A stretch of 31,693 nucleotides of DNA from Frankiales bacterium (GTDB taxonomy: Bacteria; Actinomycetota; Actinomycetes; Mycobacteriales; SCTD01): contig JAYTHM010000373.1 in the NCBI GenBank assembly GCA_043732645.1, forward strand, positions 1 through 31,693, read 5' to 3'. How positions within the stretch are numbered: position 1 is the first letter of the stretch; each line of letters opens with the position of its first letter. This document shows, piece after piece, positions 1-13,386 of this stretch. Both the position numbers and the translations under genes were made by a program. The notes under the pieces are model-generated. The model worked only from the letters and a program-made list of their open reading frames with translations. It did no database searches and was not told the DNA's origin.

Positions 1-228
1 GGCGGCGAACACCAGCAGGGTCGGGAAGACCGTCAGCACGCCCAGGAAGGCGTTCTCACCCGCAAGGCCGAGGATCCGGTCGCGGTCGCCCTTGCGCCAC
101 ACGTCCGCGCAGAGCCGCCTGAACCGGCGCAGCACGCCGTGCGGCTGCGGCTGCGCAGCATCAACTGCCGTCGCCGCTGCGCGGACTGCGGGGCTACGGC
201 GCTTCGCGGCGGCTGAGGGCGTCGTCAC
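1..228 (-). CDS. YihY/virulence factor BrkB family membrane protein, N-terminal part (runs off the left edge)
   Basis: Not in the ORF track. GTG at 228 overlaps the hydrolase stop (GTGA). My translation: MTTPSAAAKRRSPAVRAAATAVDAAQPQPHGVLRRFRRLCADVWRKGDRDRILGLAGENAFLGVLTVFPTLLVFAA; the D-x-I-x-G-L-A-x-E-x-A-F...FP-x-L-L pattern is typical of YihY N-termini. Confidence 0.75.
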   Translation of the reverse strand, partial: MTTPSAAAKRRSPAVRAAATAVDAAQPQPHGVLRRFRRLCADVWRKGDRDRILGLAGENAFLGVLTVFPTLLVFAA

Positions 229-1151
229 TCCTCTATGGTCGCTGATCGCGCGGTCCGGTGCGCATCGGGTAGCGAGGGCTTCAGGAGGTCAGCTCGCCTG
301 GCGAGGTCATCGAGCGCGGCGTGCAGCTGGTCGGGGTACTCCATCGGCAGGAAGTGGCTGCCGGGCAGGACGCTGATCTGCGCGTGCGGGATCTTCGCGG
401 CGCAGTCGATCATGTCGTGCATGCTCGTCAGCACGTCGTGCCGACCGGCGACCAGAGTCACCGGGCAGGTTACGAAGCGCAGGTCCATCGGGTCGTGGGC
501 GGCGGCGGCGACGGCGAGCCGGCCGTACCACCGCCAGTCGTGCTGCAGGAACTCCCGCAACATCGGTACAACGACCTCAGGCTTGGCGGCCGGGAGCATG
601 AAGCCGGAGTGCGCGACCAGCCAGGCGGTGCGGTCGTTGACCGGGATCTTCGGGGTCAGCCAGGACAGCAGCGGGCCGACCATCGCTCCGGTCTTCGCCA
701 CCCGCGTCGAGATCGGCTTGCGCAGACGGCGTGGAATGCGCAGCGGGCCACCCATCGTGCTGAAGGTGCCACCAGGCACGCCGGCGACGGCCATGATCCC
801 GGCGACCCGCTCCGGGTGGCGGTGGGCGAACTCGAAGGCGATGTTGACACCGATGGACCAGCAGGCGACCAGCGCCCGCTCGATGCCCTCGTGGTCCATC
901 AGCGCCAGCATGTCCTCGACGTGGTCCTCGACCCGGATCCGCTCTGGATCGGCCGGACGGGCCGAACCGAAGGTGCCGCGCTGGTACCACGTGACCGTGT
1001 CATAGCCGCTGCCCTCGCGGACCAGCGCCGGCCAGGACTGCGGGGTCGTGCCGAGCCCGTTGGCGATCACCAGCGGTACGCCGGGATGGTCGCTGCGCCA
1101 GGCCTGCAGGGCGGTGCCGTCAGAGCTGGTCAGGTCGAAGGTCGTGGCCAC
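225..1151 (-). CDS. alpha/beta-fold hydrolase
   Basis: Oxyanion loop ANGLG, nucleophile elbow variant CWSIG, acid GRHD, His in GSHFLPME. A -10-like TACGCT lies 7 nt before the GTG, so probably leaderless. Confidence 0.85.
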   Translation of the reverse strand: MATTFDLTSSDGTALQAWRSDHPGVPLVIANGLGTTPQSWPALVREGSGYDTVTWYQRGTFGSARPADPERIRVEDHVEDMLALMDHEGIERALVACWSIGVNIAFEFAHRHPERVAGIMAVAGVPGGTFSTMGGPLRIPRRLRKPISTRVAKTGAMVGPLLSWLTPKIPVNDRTAWLVAHSGFMLPAAKPEVVVPMLREFLQHDWRWYGRLAVAAAAHDPMDLRFVTCPVTLVAGRHDVLTSMHDMIDCAAKIPHAQISVLPGSHFLPMEYPDQLHAALDDLARRADLLKPSLPDAHRTARSATIEE

Positions 1152-1192
1152 GCCGGCAAGCGTAGGACTGGCGCTGCTTGAGAAGGCGCCGA

Positions 1193-1555
1193 TCAGGAGG
1201 GCGCGCCGACCGCCAGGAGCTGCGGCAGGTCCCGCTTCGACAGCGCCGTAAGCGGCAGCGGCGCCCCCTCGTGCGGGAGCAGCTGCACCGGCCGACGCGG
1301 ACGCACCTCGAAACCGGAAACGTCAGGCCAGGACAGTCGCCGCACCCGCAGGCCGTTGCAGACCACCAGGCCGCGGGCGTCCGCGACGACGCGGGCGCGG
1401 AAGATCCAGACCGTCGCGAGCACCGGCAGCAGCAGCAGCGGCGCGAACCAGAAGGACGACAGGCCGAGTGGCAGGGCGCCCATCGCGGCGACGAGCACGA
1501 CGGCGAGAGTCGTGCGCTCCGGCGCGAAGCGCACCGCCGTCAGGTCCTCCGCCAC
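1193..1555 (-). CDS. membrane-anchored bacterial PH-domain protein (CFP6/Rv3004-like)
   Basis: Two N-terminal hydrophobic segments followed by a beta-rich [22 protein letters not shown] motif. Lies divergent from ilv genes, as cfp6 does in mycobacteria. Confidence 0.75.
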   Translation of the reverse strand: MAEDLTAVRFAPERTTLAVVLVAAMGALPLGLSSFWFAPLLLLPVLATVWIFRARVVADARGLVVCNGLRVRRLSWPDVSGFEVRPRRPVQLLPHEGAPLPLTALSKRDLPQLLAVGAPS

Positions 1556-1648
1556 GCAGCCAGCCTCTCACCTAGAGTCGGGTCACCGCCTCCCGCACCC
1601 GCAACCCGACCGGCCGGGACCCGTCCTTTCCCGCATCGAGGTAGCCCG

Positions 1649-3334
1649 ATGGACCACAAGCCCCGCTCCTTCGACGTCACCGAGGGCGACCGCCGTGCGC
1701 CGGCCCGTGCGATGCTGCGCGCGGTCGGCCTGACCGACGACGACATCGACAAGCCGCAGATCGGCATCGCCTCGTCCTGGAACGAGATCACGCCGTGCAA
1801 CCTGTCGCTGGCCCGCCTCGCGGTCGCCGCCAAGGAAGGCGTCAACGCCTCCGGCGGGTTCGCGATGCAGTTCGGGACCATCTCGGTCTCCGACGGCATC
1901 TCCATGGGCCACGAGGGGATGCGCGCGTCGCTGGTGTCCCGCGAGGTCATCGCCGACTCGGTCGAGACCGTGGTGTTCGCCGAACGCCTGGACGGCACCG
2001 TCACCCTGGCGGGCTGTGACAAGTCGCTGCCCGGGATGCTGATGGCTGCGGCCCGGCTCGACCTCGCCTCGGTGTTCGTCTACGCCGGCTCGACCCTGCC
2101 CGGCAAGCTCCGCGGCGCGGACGGCGTCGAGGAGGACCTGACGATCATCAGCGTCTTCGAGGCCGTCGGTGCCTGCGCGCGGGGGCTGATCACCCGCGAC
2201 GAGCTGCACGCGATCGAGAAGGCCGCCTGCCCTGGGATGGGGGCCTGCGGCGGCATGTTCACCGCCAACACGATGGCCGCGGCCGCCGAGGCGCTCGGGA
2301 TGGCGCTGCCGGGTTCGTCCGCGCCGCCCGCGGTCGACGCCCGCCGTGACGAGATTGCCCGGCGCTCCGGCGAAGCCGTCGTGGAGCTGATCCGGCGCGG
2401 GATCACCGCCCGCCAGATCCTCACCAAGGAGGCCTTCGAGAACGCCATCACCGTCGTGATGGCGCTCGGTGGTTCCACCAACGCCGTCCTGCACCTGCTC
2501 GCGATCGCCCACGAGGCACACGTCGACCTCAGCTACGATGACTTCAACCGGATCGGTGACCGCGTCCCGCACCTGGCCGACGTCAAGCCGTTCGGCAAGT
2601 ACGTGATGACCGACGTCGACCGCATCGGCGGGATCCCCGTCGTCATGAAGGCGCTGCTCGACGCGGGGCTGATGCACGGCGACGTCCTGACCTGCACAGG
2701 CAAGACGATGTCTGAGAACCTCGCCGAGATGGACATCGCCCCGCTCGACGGCGACGTCATCCGAGCGCTGTCCAACCCGATGCACAAGACGGGTGGCATC
2801 ACGATCCTGCGTGGGTCGCTGTCGCCCGACGGCTCGGTCGTCAAGAGTGCCGGCTTCGACAGCGAGGTCTTCGAGGGCCCCGCCCGCGTCTTCGACGGTG
2901 AGGAAGGCGTCATGGACGCCGTCGAGCAGGGCACTCTCAACAAGGGGGACGTGATCGTCATCCGCTACGAAGGTCCCCGCGGCGGTCCCGGCATGCGCGA
3001 GATGCTCATGGTGACTGGCGCGATCAAGGGCGCCGGCCTGGGCAAGGACGTGCTGCTGCTCACCGACGGTCGCTTCTCCGGCGGTACGACGGGCCTGTGC
3101 ATCGGCCACATCGCCCCGGAAGCTACCGACGGTGGGCCGATCGCGCTGGTCGTCGAGGGAGACCTCATCCGTCTCGACCTCACCTCAAGGACGTTGGACC
3201 TGCTGGTGCCTGACCCGGTCCTCCAGGAGCGTCGCGCGGCCTGGAAGCCGCTCGAGCCCCGCTACACCACCGGCGTCCTCGGCAAGTACGCCAAGCTCGT
3301 CGGGTCTGCTGCCCAGGGGGCCATCACCGGCTGA
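1649..3334 (+). CDS. ilvD: dihydroxy-acid dehydratase
   Basis: Motifs [60 protein letters not shown]. True start MDHKPRS at 1649; the track ORF 1178 is over-extended. Confidence 0.97.
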   Translation: MDHKPRSFDVTEGDRRAPARAMLRAVGLTDDDIDKPQIGIASSWNEITPCNLSLARLAVAAKEGVNASGGFAMQFGTISVSDGISMGHEGMRASLVSREVIADSVETVVFAERLDGTVTLAGCDKSLPGMLMAAARLDLASVFVYAGSTLPGKLRGADGVEEDLTIISVFEAVGACARGLITRDELHAIEKAACPGMGACGGMFTANTMAAAAEALGMALPGSSAPPAVDARRDEIARRSGEAVVELIRRGITARQILTKEAFENAITVVMALGGSTNAVLHLLAIAHEAHVDLSYDDFNRIGDRVPHLADVKPFGKYVMTDVDRIGGIPVVMKALLDAGLMHGDVLTCTGKTMSENLAEMDIAPLDGDVIRALSNPMHKTGGITILRGSLSPDGSVVKSAGFDSEVFEGPARVFDGEEGVMDAVEQGTLNKGDVIVIRYEGPRGGPGMREMLMVTGAIKGAGLGKDVLLLTDGRFSGGTTGLCIGHIAPEATDGGPIALVVEGDLIRLDLTSRTLDLLVPDPVLQERRAAWKPLEPRYTTGVLGKYAKLVGSAAQGAITG

Positions 3335-3372
3335 GCGCTCGGCCGGTGATGGCCGCCGTCCGAGGTAAGCCG

Positions 3373-3408
3373 TACCAGCATGTGGGATGAACATCTCATA
3401 AAGTTGAC
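3373..3408. promoter_or_regulatory. candidate IclR (NdgR-like) tandem operator upstream of ilvB
   Basis: TACCAGCATGTGGGA at 3373-3387 (reverse complement TCCCACATGCTGGTA, 13/15 identical to the leuB site). A second TCTCA-initiated site starts 21 bp later at 3394 and overlaps the -35. Confidence 0.65.
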
Positions 3409-3432
3409 ATTCCTCTCTCCGGCAGGCACGCT
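3404..3432 (+). promoter_or_regulatory. sigma70/HrdB-type promoter of the ilvB leader
   Basis: TTGACA (3404-3409), 17-bp spacer, CACGCT (3427-3432), then 7 nt to the leader ATG at 3440, implying a leaderless transcript. Confidence 0.75.
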
Positions 3433-3439
3433 CATCCAC

Positions 3440-3478
3440 ATGACCGGCTTCCTCGTCGTTAGCCAGCGCGACAGCTGA
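3440..3478 (+). CDS. ilvB operon leader peptide MTGFLVVSQRDS
   Basis: 12-aa ORF with adjacent Leu-Val-Val codons (ctc gtc gtt) at the predicted transcription start; its stop codon lies inside a hairpin that precedes a terminator. Confidence 0.8.
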   Translation: MTGFLVVSQRDS

Positions 3479-3535
3479 GATCCTCAGCTGTCGCGCTCAC
3501 CCCTTCGTGCCACGGGCCACGAGGGGTTTCTTTTT
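3465..3535 (+). promoter_or_regulatory. transcription attenuator of ilvBNC (hairpin plus intrinsic terminator)
   Basis: Perfect 15-bp inverted repeat AGCGCGACAGCTGAG (3465-3479) / CTCAGCTGTCGCGCT (3483-3497). Then stem ACCCCTTCGTG (3499-3509) / CACGAGGGGT (3518-3527) and TTTCTTTTT. Confidence 0.85.
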
Positions 3536-3565
3536 GCCCTGACCCCAAGAACCAGAGGGACCTCC

Positions 3566-5307
3566 ATGTCAGACAGTGTGACCGGCGCTCAGTCGCTCGT
3601 CCGCAGCCTCGAGAGCGTCGGGGCCGAGGTCGTCTTCGGCATCCCCGGGGGCGCGATCCTGCCAGCCTACGACCCGATCTTCGACAGCACCCTGCTTCGG
3701 CACATCCTGGTCCGGCACGAGCAGGGAGCCGGGCACGCAGCTGAGGGCTACGCGCAGGCCACCGGCCGGGTGGGGGTTTGCATGGCCACCAGTGGCCCCG
3801 GTGCGACCAACCTCGTGACGCCCATCGCGGACGCCTACATGGACAGCGTCCCCCTGGTGGCCATCACCGGTCAGGTGCCCAGTGCGAGCATCGGCACCGA
3901 CGCCTTCCAGGAGGCCGACATCTGCGGCATCACGATGCCGATCACCAAGCACAACTTCTTGGTGCAGCACGCCGACGACATCCCGCGGACCATCGCCGAG
4001 GCCTTCCACATCGCCTCGACCGGCCGACCCGGTCCGGTCCTCGTCGACGTGCCGAAGGACATTCTTCAGGCCCAGGGCAGCTTCGCTTGGCCGCCGGTGC
4101 TCGACCTGCCGGGCTACCACCCGACGACCCGCCCACATGCCAAGCAGGTCCGTGAGGCGGCCCGCCTCATCGCCGAGGCCAAGCGCCCCGTGCTGTACGT
4201 CGGGGGAGGCGTCCTGAAGGCGCGCGCCGCCGCCGAGCTGCGGGTCCTTGCTGAGCTCACCGGCATCCCGGTCGTGACCACCCTGATGGCCCGCGGAGCC
4301 TTCCCGGACAGCCACCGTCAGCACCTCGGCATGCCCGGCATGCACGGCTCGGTCGCCGCAGTCACCGCCCTCCAGAAGAGCGACCTGCTCATCTGCCTCG
4401 GGGCCCGCTTCGACGACCGGGTCACCGGCAAACTGTCCAGCTTTGCCCCCGGCGCCAAGGTCATCCACGCCGACATCGACCCGGCCGAGATCAGCAAGAA
4501 CCGCACCGCCGACGTCCCGATCGTGGGGGACTGCCGAGAGACCCTGGCCGACCTCGTCGTCGCCGTGGGCGAGGCCTATGCCGCCGGTACGCGCGCCGAC
4601 CTCAACGCCTGGTGGAAGCAGGTCGACTCCTGGCGCACCGCCTACCCGCGTGGCTACGAGTGGCCGACCGACGGCTCGCTCGCACCGCAGTACGTGATCG
4701 AACGGATCGGCAAGATCGTCGGACCAGAGGCGATCTACGCCAGCGGTGTAGGCCAGCACCAGATGTGGGCCTCGCAGTTCATCGACTACGAGCACCCCTA
4801 CACCTGGCTCAACTCCGGTGGGGCCGGAACGATGGGCTACGCCGTACCCGCCGCCATGGGCGCGAAGGTGGGCCGGCCGGAGGCGACCGTCTGGGCCATC
4901 GACGGCGACGGCTGTTTCCAGATGACCAACCAGGAGCTCGTGACCTGCGCGATCGAGGGCATCCCGATCAAGGTCGCGGTCATCAACAACGGCTCCCTCG
5001 GGATGGTCCGGCAGTGGCAGACCCTGTTCTACGAGAGCCGCTACTCCAACACCACGCTGCACTCCAAGCGGATTCCGGACTTCGTCAAGCTCGCCGACGC
5101 GATGGGCTGCGCCGGACTGCGCTGCGAGACCCGCGAGGATGTCGACGCCACGATCGACAAGGCCATGGCGATCAACGACATGCCTGTCGTGATCGACTTC
5201 GTCGTCGGCCAGGACGCCATGGTGTGGCCGATGGTGGCTGCCGGCACAAGCAACGACGAGATCCTCGCGGCCCGCGACACTCGTCCCGTCTGGGGAGAGG
5301 GCGACGT

Positions 5308-5311
<4 letters not shown>
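3566..5311 (+). CDS. ilvB: acetohydroxyacid synthase large subunit
   Basis: [28 protein letters not shown], ThDP motif [12 protein letters not shown]...[12 protein letters not shown]; SD-like AGAGGGA upstream. Confidence 0.97.
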
Positions 5312-6862
<1,551 letters not shown>

Positions 6863-7025
6863 GCGCGGCGGTCTGCAGCAGTCTGGCGCGATGTTTGCAC
6901 CCGTAGCGCTACAGGTTTGTTCGAAGGGCAAGCCCGTCCTGGTGGATGCGCTCGGGCTGGCGCGCTGAGCCGGCCGGGCCGACGCCGGTAGCCTCTTGGG
7001 GTCCGCCTGCCTGAACGAAGGACCT

Positions 7026-8621
7026 GTGTTGAGCTCTCGCCCTGTGGTCCTCATCGCTGAGGAGCTCGCTCCCTCGGTCCTCGCCGTCCTCGGAGACGAG
7101 TTCGAGATCCGGCACGTCGACGGCGCCGACCGGGCCGCTCTGCTCCCCGCGCTCGCTGACGTCGACGCGGTTTTGATCCGCAGTGCCACCCACGTCGACG
7201 CCGAGGCGCTCGCCGCGGCTCCCCGGCTCAAGGTCGTCGCCCGCGCGGGCATCGGCCTGGACAACGTCGACGTGCCCGCGGCGACGGCCCGGGGCGTCAT
7301 GGTCGTCAACGCCCCGCAGAGCAACATCATCAGTGCCGCCGAGCAGGCCGTCGCCCTGCTGCTGGCCTGCGCCCGCAACATCGCCCCGGCCAACGCCGCC
7401 CTCAAGCAGGGCAAGTGGCAGCGGGCGAAGTGGACCGGCGTCGAGGTCGCGGACAAGACCGTCGGTGTCGTCGGCCTCGGCCGGATCGGGGTGCTGTTCG
7501 CGCAACGGATGAGCGCCTTCGGCACCCGCCTGATCGCCTACGACCCTTACCTGTCGACGGCCCGGGCGGCCCAGATCGGCGTCAAGCTGGTGTCGCTTGA
7601 GGAGTTGCTCCGGGAGAGCGACTTCATCTCGATCCACTTGCCCAAGACGCCCGAGACGGTCGGTCTGATCGGCAAGGAGCAGCTCGCCCTCTGCAAGCCG
7701 GGCGTCCGGATCATCAACGCCGCCCGCGGCGGCCTCGTCGACGAGCAGGCCCTTGCCGACGCCCTCGCGAGCGGTCAGGTCGCCGGCGCCGGGATCGATG
7801 TGTTCGCGACCGAGCCGTGCATTGACTCGCCGCTGTTCGCTTTCGACTCCGTCGTCGTCAGCCCGCACCTGGGGGCGTCGACGGTCGAGGCCCAGGACAA
7901 GGCCGGCATCGCTGTGGCCCGCAGCGTCAAGCTCGCCCTCAAGGGCGAGTTCGTCCCCGACGCCGTCAACGTCCAGGCCGGTGGCGTCGTCGTCGAGGAG
8001 GTCCGCCCCGCCCTCCCGCTCGTCGAGAAGCTCGGCCGCGTCTTCACCGGCCTGGCGGGAGGAGTGGCTGCCAGGCTCGAGGTCGAGGTCCGCGGCGAGA
8101 TCACCGCGTACGACGTCTCCGTGCTGCAGCTCGCGGCCCTCAAGGGCGTGTTCGCGGACGTGGTCGAGGACCGGGTCACCTTCGTCAACGCGCCCGCCCT
8201 CGCCGCCGAGCGGGGCGTCGATGTCACCCTCACCACGCACGCCGAGAGCCTCGACTTCCGCTCCCTGTTCACCGTGCGTGGCGTCCTGCCGAACGGCGAG
8301 GCCGTCAGCGTCGCCGGCACCCTCACCGGTCCGCGCCAGGTCGAGAAGATCACTGCCGTCGACGGCTTCGACGTCGACATCGTGCCCGCCGAGCACCTGG
8401 TGTTCCTGCGCTACGCCGACAAGCCCGGGGTGGTCGGCACCGTCGGCGCGGCCCTCGGCGGGGCCCAGGTCAACATCGCCGGGGCGCAGGTCAGCCGCAC
8501 CAGCCAGGGCGGCAACGCGCTGATGGCGCTGACCGTCGACTCCGCCGTACCGGCTCGTGTGCTGGAGCAGATCGCCGTGGCGATCGGTGCGCAATCGGCC
8601 CGCGCGGTCGACCTGTCGTGA
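7026..8621 (+). CDS. serA: D-3-phosphoglycerate dehydrogenase (type I with ASB and ACT domains)
   Basis: RAGIGLDNVD, GLGRIG, NAARGGLVDE, PHLGAST, C-terminal ACT DKPGVVG. Start is GTG 7026 or TTG 7029 after SD GAAGGA. Confidence 0.95.
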   Translation: MLSSRPVVLIAEELAPSVLAVLGDEFEIRHVDGADRAALLPALADVDAVLIRSATHVDAEALAAAPRLKVVARAGIGLDNVDVPAATARGVMVVNAPQSNIISAAEQAVALLLACARNIAPANAALKQGKWQRAKWTGVEVADKTVGVVGLGRIGVLFAQRMSAFGTRLIAYDPYLSTARAAQIGVKLVSLEELLRESDFISIHLPKTPETVGLIGKEQLALCKPGVRIINAARGGLVDEQALADALASGQVAGAGIDVFATEPCIDSPLFAFDSVVVSPHLGASTVEAQDKAGIAVARSVKLALKGEFVPDAVNVQAGGVVVEEVRPALPLVEKLGRVFTGLAGGVAARLEVEVRGEITAYDVSVLQLAALKGVFADVVEDRVTFVNAPALAAERGVDVTLTTHAESLDFRSLFTVRGVLPNGEAVSVAGTLTGPRQVEKITAVDGFDVDIVPAEHLVFLRYADKPGVVGTVGAALGGAQVNIAGAQVSRTSQGGNALMALTVDSAVPARVLEQIAVAIGAQSARAVDLS

Positions 8622-9475
8622 CGCGCTTCCCGTCGTACGACGGGACGGTTCTGTCCTACGCCGTCGCGGGAGAGGTCCGCCACGGTCCGCCACTGGTCTG
8701 CCTGCCCGGTGGGCCGGGGCGGGCGGTGGCCTACCTGGAGGACCTCGCCGGCCTGTCCACTGTCCGGTCCCTCGTCCTGCTCGACCCGCGGGCGAGCGGT
8801 CACAGCGAGGTCCCGGCCGACCCATCGACGCTGCGCTTCGACCGGCAGGCCCGTGACCTCGAGGCCCTGCGGGAGTACCTGGGACTCGTCACCCTTGACG
8901 TCCTGGCGCACTCTGCCGCGACCCTGGTGGCTCAGGGGTGGGCGTCGCAGCACCCCGACCGCGTCGGCCGGCTGGTGCTCGTCACCCCCAGTGGGCGCCT
9001 TCAGGGCAGTGAGCGCGAGGACGTCCCGATGATCCGTCAGCTGTTCAGCGACGAGCCCTGGTATGCCGAGGCACTCGAGGCGGCGCAGGCCCTGCCGGAC
9101 GTGCCACCCTCGCAGCGGTCCGGCCTGGAGCGTGCGACCCGTCCCTTTATGTACGGCCGCTGGGATGACCGCACGCAGGCGCACGCAGCGACCGCGGACA
9201 GCCACAGCAGCAAGCGGGCTCTGCTGGGCTTCGGGCAGGGGCTGGAAGACCTCGACGTCGACGCCCTGGTCAAGGGGCTGCGTGCGGTGACCGCACCGGT
9301 CCTGGTGGTGGGCGGCGAGCGGGACGCCCTCACCGGCCTCGAGAGCGTGCTGGCTGTCGCCGGCGCGTTCCCCACGGCGCAGCACGTCGTCGTACCCGGT
9401 GCCGGGCACTTCCCTTGGGTGGACGAGCCGGTGGCCTTCAGGGCCGCTGTCGACCCGTTCCTCGCCCAAACCTGA
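8618..9475 (+). CDS. alpha/beta-fold hydrolase (proline-iminopeptidase-like fold)
   Basis: LPGGPG loop, LLDPRASGHS, nucleophile elbow AHSAA, GERD acid, GAGHFPW His; GTGA overlap with the serA stop. Confidence 0.85.
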   Translation: MTRFPSYDGTVLSYAVAGEVRHGPPLVCLPGGPGRAVAYLEDLAGLSTVRSLVLLDPRASGHSEVPADPSTLRFDRQARDLEALREYLGLVTLDVLAHSAATLVAQGWASQHPDRVGRLVLVTPSGRLQGSEREDVPMIRQLFSDEPWYAEALEAAQALPDVPPSQRSGLERATRPFMYGRWDDRTQAHAATADSHSSKRALLGFGQGLEDLDVDALVKGLRAVTAPVLVVGGERDALTGLESVLAVAGAFPTAQHVVVPGAGHFPWVDEPVAFRAAVDPFLAQT

Positions 9476-9497
9476 GCTCCGCGCGTACAGTGCACCC

Positions 9498-11279
<1,782 letters not shown>

Positions 11280-11283
11280 GCCT

Positions 11284-11320
11284 TCTCACATGCTGGGACA
11301 GCAATCTCAAGACGTAGCAT
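11284..11320. promoter_or_regulatory. candidate IclR tandem operator and -10 of leaderless leuB
   Basis: Palindrome TCTCACATGCTGGGA (11284-11298); second TCTCA site 21 bp later (11305); -10 TAGCAT at 11315-11320, 7 nt before the ATG. Confidence 0.7.
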
Positions 11321-11327
11321 AGCCGTT

Positions 11328-12344
11328 ATGACGACGCTTGCGGTGATCGGTGGGGACGGCATTGGCCCGGAGGTCGTGGCCGAGGGGCTCAAGGTGCTGC
11401 GCACCGTGCTCCCCGACGTCGACACGACCGACTACGACCTTGGCGCCGCGGCCTACCACCGCACCGGCGAGGTGCTGCCCGAGTCCGTCATCGCTGAGCT
11501 GCGCGGCTTCGACGCGATCCTGCTCGGCGCCATCGGCGACCCGTCCGTGCCCCCCGGTGTCCTCGAACGCGGCCTGCTGCTGAAGCTGCGCTTCGCCCTC
11601 GACCACCACGTCAACCTGCGCCCCATCCGGCTGTTCCCCGGTGTCGTCGGTCCCCTGGGGGACAAGGCGATCGACATGGTCGTGGTCCGCGAGGGCACCG
11701 AGGGTCCCTACGTCGGCAACGGCGGCTCGATGCGCACCGGCACCCCGCACGAGGTCGCCACCGAGGTGAGCCTCAACACCGCGTATGGCGTGCAGCGCGT
11801 CGTCCGGGACGCCTTCACCCGGGCCGTGGGGCGCCGCGGCCACCTGACCCTGGTGCACAAGACCAACGTCCTCGTGCACGCCGGCGGGCTCTGGAAGCGC
11901 GTCACCGACGAGGTGCACGTTGACTTCCCCGACGTCGAGCTGGCGTACCAGCACATCGACGCCGCGTCGATGTACTTCGTCACCGACCCCGGCCGCTTTG
12001 ACGTCGTCGTTACCGACAACCTGTTCGGCGACATCCTCACCGACATCGGAGCGGCCATCGGTGGTGGCATCGGGCTGGCCGCCTCGGGCAACCTTGACGT
12101 CTCGCGCACCAATCCGTCGATGTTCGAGCCGGTCCACGGCTCGGCCCCCGACATCGCCCGCCAGGGCAAGGCCGACCCCACGGCGACCGTCCTGTCGGTC
12201 GCGATGCTCCTGACGCACCTGGGCCTTGCCGACCAGGCCGCCCGGGTCGAGGCCGCAGTCGCCAAGGACCTCACCACCCGCGGTACGACCGCCCGCGCCA
12301 CCGCCGAGGTCGGCGACGCCCTTGCGTCCCTCGTCGCGGGCTAG
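11328..12344 (+). CDS. leuB: 3-isopropylmalate dehydrogenase
   Basis: [25 protein letters not shown](G)[32 protein letters not shown]. Confidence 0.96.
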   Translation: MTTLAVIGGDGIGPEVVAEGLKVLRTVLPDVDTTDYDLGAAAYHRTGEVLPESVIAELRGFDAILLGAIGDPSVPPGVLERGLLLKLRFALDHHVNLRPIRLFPGVVGPLGDKAIDMVVVREGTEGPYVGNGGSMRTGTPHEVATEVSLNTAYGVQRVVRDAFTRAVGRRGHLTLVHKTNVLVHAGGLWKRVTDEVHVDFPDVELAYQHIDAASMYFVTDPGRFDVVVTDNLFGDILTDIGAAIGGGIGLAASGNLDVSRTNPSMFEPVHGSAPDIARQGKADPTATVLSVAMLLTHLGLADQAARVEAAVAKDLTTRGTTARATAEVGDALASLVAG

Positions 12345-12399
12345 TGCGAGTGCTTCACTGAGGCCGCAACACTGAGGGCCGTAACCCTGGGAGGTGGTG

Positions 12400-12744
12400 G
12401 TGGAGTCCCCGTTGTACGGCGAAGGTGCCCACCACCTGCAGGACCAGTTCGACAGCCGGCGGCTCGCTGACCGCCTCGAGCAGGTCACCGTCCATGACCA
12501 TCTGGCCCCCAACGACATCGCGTTCGTCGAGCGGTCGACGCAGCTTCTGCTGGCCACGGTCGACCCCGACGGCTGGCCCGACGTGTGCCGGGCTCGGGCT
12601 TCACCGCCCAGCGCCACATCGAGCTGCTCTTGGCAGGATTGCGTTGCAGCCTGCTGGCGTCGTCCGTTCGGGGGGCTTGTCGGAGCCGACGTCCAAGAGG
12701 AGCGTGGGACCTGCGGCGGTGACCGCTCGGGGCACCGCACCTGA
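12400..12744 (+). pseudogene. truncated pyridoxamine 5'-phosphate oxidase-like (FMN-binding split barrel) gene, fused out of frame to an unrelated fragment
   Basis: After SD GGAGGT: MESPLYGEGAHHLQDQFDSRRLADRLEQ...IAFVERSTQLLLATVDPDGWPDV resembles the N-terminus of ~200-aa PNPOx-family proteins. Similarity stops at about 12585, where the expected S(Y/F)KGG..GFV motif is absent in all three frames. Confidence 0.65.
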
Positions 12745-12759
12745 CGAAGAGGTAACGCG

Positions 12760-13386
12760 ATGTTCGTACGCGCCACGACCCTCCAGGCAGACCCCGCCCG
12801 CCTCGACGAGGGCATCGCCTTCGTCCGCGAGAGCGTCGTACCGGCTGCGGCGGAGCTGCCGGGCTCCCGGGGCATGTCGATGTTCGTCGACAGGCAGTGC
12901 AACCTCGTGACGGTCACGTCGGCCTGGGACACCGAGCAGGCGCGGGTGGCGGCCGACCGGGTGCTGACCCCGCTGCGGGCCAGGGGAGCGCGCATCCTGG
13001 GTAGCACGCAGCGACCGGCGACCAAGTGGTTCGAGCTGGCGGTCTTGGACCGCAGAAGGCCTGCAGAGCAGGGCTTCTGGGCCCGCATGACGCGGGTCAC
13101 CATCGACCCGCCAAAGGTCGATGTGTCGATCGATGCGTACTCGGCGTCGACGGTGCACGACCTGCAGCTGCTCGAGGGCTACTGCAGTGCGGTGCTGCTG
13201 GTGGACCGGGTGAACGGCATGGGCGCCGTGAGCGTGACCTTCGAGAGCAGGCGGGCGCTCGAGGCCAGCCGCGCCCAGGCGCAGTCGATCCGGACCGTCG
13301 GGCTGGACAAGGCGGGAGCCCGGGCGACGGAGGTCCGTGAGTCCGAGATCGTCATTGCGGGGATCCGGATGCCCCAGTCCGGCTGA
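12760..13386 (+). CDS. hypothetical protein with two tandem ABM-like (dimeric alpha+beta barrel) domains
   Basis: Two similar ~100-aa halves: VRATTLQADPARLDEGI...LPGSRGMSMFVDR...VTSAWDT and ARMTRVTIDPPKVDVSI...LEGYCSAVLLVDR...VSVTFES; SD AGAGG upstream. Confidence 0.7.
   Translation: MFVRATTLQADPARLDEGIAFVRESVVPAAAELPGSRGMSMFVDRQCNLVTVTSAWDTEQARVAADRVLTPLRARGARILGSTQRPATKWFELAVLDRRRPAEQGFWARMTRVTIDPPKVDVSIDAYSASTVHDLQLLEGYCSAVLLVDRVNGMGAVSVTFESRRALEASRAQAQSIRTVGLDKAGARATEVRESEIVIAGIRMPQSG

Noticed and set aside
6891-6968. 25-codon ORF MFAPVALQVCSKGKPVLVDALGLAR and palindrome GTAGCGCTAC (6903-6912) upstream of serA
   Set aside because: Low GC3 codons, no Ser run, no SD or terminator, and a plausible serA -10 lies downstream; not supportable as a leader.
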